DNA from: Neoechinorhynchus agilis
Lineage: Eukaryota > Animalia > Acanthocephala
Reading direction: 5' to 3'
Assembly: GCA_051530055.1 (NCBI GenBank)
Contig: CM121341.1
Span: 3,028,151 to 3,092,150, forward strand
DNA: 64,000 nucleotides
Positions 60,177-64,000 of this stretch are shown here, one piece after another. The notes beneath the pieces are model-generated. The model had not been told where the DNA came from and made no database searches. It worked only from the letters and a program-made list of their open reading frames with translations. Made by a program: the position numbers and the translations under genes. The stretch's first letter is position 1. Each line of letters starts with the position of its first letter.

Positions 60177-61016
60177 TATTCTTAAGACACAACAGGATAT
60201 TAACATTTCATTTCTAACGTTGCTTACTAAAATCGCGAAAATGGAATTCCGGATTCTGAATGTATTAGAAAAGTAAGAGCCGATTGACTCTTCAAGTGGA
60301 ATTTTGACAGACATAAATATAAATCCTCTTCTTTTTTGAAGTCTGACCAGCCGATAACTTTTATTCTGTGTTTAAAGTTGCTAAAGGAAAAATTATCAGC
60401 CGTAAAAAAGGTCACACTTAAAAACATAAACTTTCTTATTGATATATTTACCTCTCTAGATCTAACTGCCACTTCCCCACGACTTTTCCGCAGACACTTT
60501 TTACCACTCCCGAATATCGATCACGTACTTCAAATTTAAGACATTGCAACCATAAAAATTCATCCAAAATCCACATTCGACTTGTATTAATAACCCAAAT
60601 TTTAGGAAGCTTAAGTTTAATATCCTTAGTTATAAATATGCTTCGTGGAATAATATTTCAATTCACTCAAAAACGGATTTTGCAAGGGAGAGACTGCGAA
60701 AATCCCAAGTCGAACCAAAATGCTATTTGCTTTGAGGACACGGTTATTACTTTTGTTCATGCAATAAAATAATTTTGAGTTAGATTTCGTCTAATCGTGA
60801 CCAATGGACGTATTGTCAGGCTATGCCGTTGCTAAACAAGAAATCTACAGTTCATTAAGGCATATTTTACATCGTAAAATTCACCAAGAGTTTTCGTAAC
60901 TTATTCGTTCTTATCAAAAGTCGGCCTCAAATTGTCATGTTAAACTTATATTTTAACGGTAATTTTACCTTTTTGATGAATTAAGATATGTTGAAAAGAT
61001 AATTCATTGTTATTTG

Positions 61017-61211
61017 TCGATAGGAGAAAATGAATGAAATTAAGAATTTATTGGATATTTCGATCCACTATCTCGGATCTTCTTCAGCGATTGCTTGTAA
61101 GTTTTTAAATATTCGAGTTAAGTTTCTCGAACATTTTAAAAACTTACAAGCAATCGCTGAAGAAGATCCGAATCCAATAAATTCTTAATTTCATTTATTT
61201 TCTCCTATCGA
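61017..61211. ncRNA. Fold-back palindrome with hammerhead motif (intact on the left arm, minus strand)
   Basis: Arms start TCGATAGGAGAAAAT and end ATTTTCTCCTATCGA. Minus strand of 61048-61093: CAATCG CTGAAGA A GATCC GAGATAGT GGATC GAAA TA TC. The right arm has deleted stem II 3' side and GAAA. Confidence 0.85.
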
Positions 61212-64000
61212 GAATTAAGATATTTGGAGAAAATCATGTGAGTGCTTATCGCAATATGTTTTCAAGTCTAGATGTCAACATTTACGTTGAGATCACAATT
61301 TATCATTTTAAATATTAGATATCTCAGCGTTTTATAACGCTTGAACATCTCGAAGTTGATAAAAATATTTGCATATTTTCAAATTTTCTTAAAAATATTT
61401 TTAGATGATCGAAACATCCAGTTTAATCGCATAAAGTGTTCAAATAAAGACAATCAAAAAGAAAACATTCGATTGAGAAATCATTTCACAATCACTCAAC
61501 AGTACAAATCAATATTTATTTGTTAAAAACAGCAATTTCGCCATCTTTCAAGAATGACTTACAAAATTCTCCAATATGCTTTACCGATCAAATAAAATCG
61601 ATCTATGTTGTTTGTCTCGTGGATTCGATATTATAACTCTAATGTCGAACGTTTCTCGATCCAGAATGGCATAATTCTTTTAAAGTTCGATTGCGCATTT
61701 TATCATATCAAAATTTGAGATATTACTTTGTGGAGGATGAAACTATTTTGATAACTAATTTTTTCGATAGCATTTAAACCCATTTATGTTCTTTGTAGAA
61801 ATATATTTATCCTGCCACGATTGGCCGTTGTTTAAACTTAATAAATTCTCGATAATATCACCCACTTTCTAGGCGTTTGCAGCACTTGTGAAATTTCTCG
61901 ATAAATGGTGGCTGTCATCGCGTGACATTTTCCATCGAGGTGAGTCTACAATCAGTCATGGTTTCGGTAGAAATTTTAAGTTAGGAAGCTTAGATATTGA
62001 ACACTTTCACCCTTATCTTCTTTTAGACAAGTTTTAGTAAATAGTTTTGAAGCAGCTTAAGATATACGATGTTTTAAATCTGAAATGAATATCACGTTGT
62101 TGCTTTTATTTCACTAAAGGCTTAAACCTAGTCGAATTTTCCTATTTCTTGATAGCACAGAAATGTTTCTACATCCCAAAAACCGACTTTATCAGCGTCT
62201 TTATGGTCAAGTTAATAATCGAAACGATTTTTCATTGGCTAATTTAATGTGCATACAAACGAATATTTCTACCTGCTTTCCATAATATCTTAGTGCCAAG
62301 ATTTGCGACTTTCTAAGTGCTAAATAAACATATCTAAACAAGCATATTACATATTTCCAATATGCCTACTTTTTCCTTACAAATGATTGAAAATCACTTT
62401 CTGCGTATCGTCAACCTCGATTGTCGTTAGCGAACAATCTGCATATGGCTTCTTCTTTCACTAAAACCGAAGGCTTTCAGCTGCTAAGAAATCCGGAGAG
62501 CTCGTTGATTTCCTTTTTTTGCGAGCTGAGACATTATAAAGTTCTTTTATTGCTTTAATCTAATCAATTTGGAGATGAGAAGCTGTCTTGTGTCTAAGAA
62601 AAAGGGAGGCCTTTCAACATAGTGAAAAGTAAAACTTCAATCGCAAATCGAATGAGCTAGAGACCATTAAAATCTATTAGAGTAACGAAAGGGTAGTTGA
62701 CTCGTTGTCGCTTTTTAGTGTGGAGAAATGCGTGATCTGTGTACATCCTTTCGCTCGGTCTTGAAATGTCCTAATAGGCGCGCCCATAAAATTTTCCAGC
62801 ATTATTAAAATACTCGGCCATCTCGCCCATTATAGAATCTTATATTAATCGCCATTTCATGAAGTCGTAGACACTTGAATCTTTGAAAAGACGTATCATT
62901 GACTATACTAGTCGTTATGGTCCACAGCCTTTAAGGTCACCCATCGGATTTTCCACGAACCATACTTCGATAAACTAGGTATTAATGTGTATATTCCATG
63001 ATATCCAAAGCACATTTTATATTCGGAAATTTGTTCAAAGTTTCTTGTGATTTGTCTGAAATTGAAGGCGGAGTAAGATGACTTTTTAAAAACCACGTTT
63101 TTTATGTGATCTGATATTTTTAAAAAGTCCTTTTTGTGACAGATTTTAAATTGAAGCTCTCTCTCTCTGATTTTCGGAGACTTTTTAGAGTCAACAAATT
63201 AAAATAGCCGTGAATCTCATTTACATTGGAATTCTTTAGTAAACTTTTTTAGCTTAGTCTTCTACTTTGGCACTAGCTAATTAGTCACAGGAAAATATAT
63301 AAAAAAATCACGCTATAGAGATTTCCGCAATCTCTCTTAAAGACAAATTCCATTTGATTGTTAAAAAAGATTATTATATTAACAAATATTAATGGCCACC
63401 CAAAAAAACGATGTTATCTTCTTCTAAGCATCGATATGTGCAGGCTTATTCTTCGAGATCTTTTTATTAAAATTTAAATGCGCTCATTATTTTTGAATTC
63501 ACGTTGAATTGTACATAAAGGAAACTTCGACTTGAACATGAGGCTAAAAGATAACCCTCTAAATTTCTCACGCTTTATTATCCGACTAAAGATTTTTGAA
63601 TTTGTATCCTTTGATGCCGAAAAACTAACTAGGGCACTCGATCATCCATTAAAAAGTCGTTTTGGCTCCTATGATAATTATCATTCTGGGTTTGCATAGT
63701 TTGATTACAGCACTCACATTTCTGAGACATAGCGAGAGCGATAAGATATTGTCAAAGTGAATCCTGAATTTCTTTTGATTCGTAATCTTTGATTTATCGG
63801 TTTTTTTAAGGGCGTTTTAGGTGTTTTTTGTAGGACATAAAATGTTGGTCACATCGTATGCCAGGAAATTATAAAGCATCCTTTTATGAATGCCATTTAG
63901 ATTGTAGCTTAGCGCACAAATGTCCTGAATGCCGATAACCTTTAATGTGAAAAATCATGGTTCTACAACGATTTCTTATGTTTTATTAAAACCATTTTGT

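Noticed and set aside
59330-63100. Scattered exon-like segments (e.g. plus-strand 61873-61939 with AG/GTGAGT; minus-strand KYGSWKIRWVTL, PH-like, near 62940)
   Set aside because: A gene or genes probably exist here, but I could not assemble a consistent frame or recognise a family.

Overview
AT-rich eukaryotic (animal) genomic DNA with spliceosomal GT-AG introns from about 35 nt (possibly 21 nt) to about 2.6 kb and fast-evolving proteins. The taxon cannot be named from sequence alone; Dishevelled implies Metazoa and AHI1 implies cilia. Host genes recognised by eye: Dishevelled, an NSUN6-like gene that has lost its catalytic motifs, CCDC47, cohesin STAG/SCC3, ARMC7, CNOT9/RCD1, AHI1/Jouberin, a stand-alone NSD-type PWWP protein, two secreted Ser/Thr-rich mucin-like genes (one type-I membrane, one putatively GPI-anchored and built from tandemly duplicated phase-1 exons) and tRNA-Asp(GTC). 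Mobile DNA: Penelope-like element (PLE) RT and GIY-YIG remnants, two long and three stub-sized CRE-clade (RLE) non-LTR retrotransposons, and several satellites (195, 162, 399, 66 bp units). The most striking unexplained structure is a family of at least 9 dispersed short (about 50-220 bp) elements, most of them near-perfect fold-back palindromes. Their arms carry a minimal type-I hammerhead ribozyme core (CTGANGA-R-stemII-GAAA-TA-TH) with covarying stem II and a conserved upstream motif. They look like head-to-head PLE 3' termini, and two sit inside host introns. All homology calls are by manual motif recognition; no database search or folding program was run.
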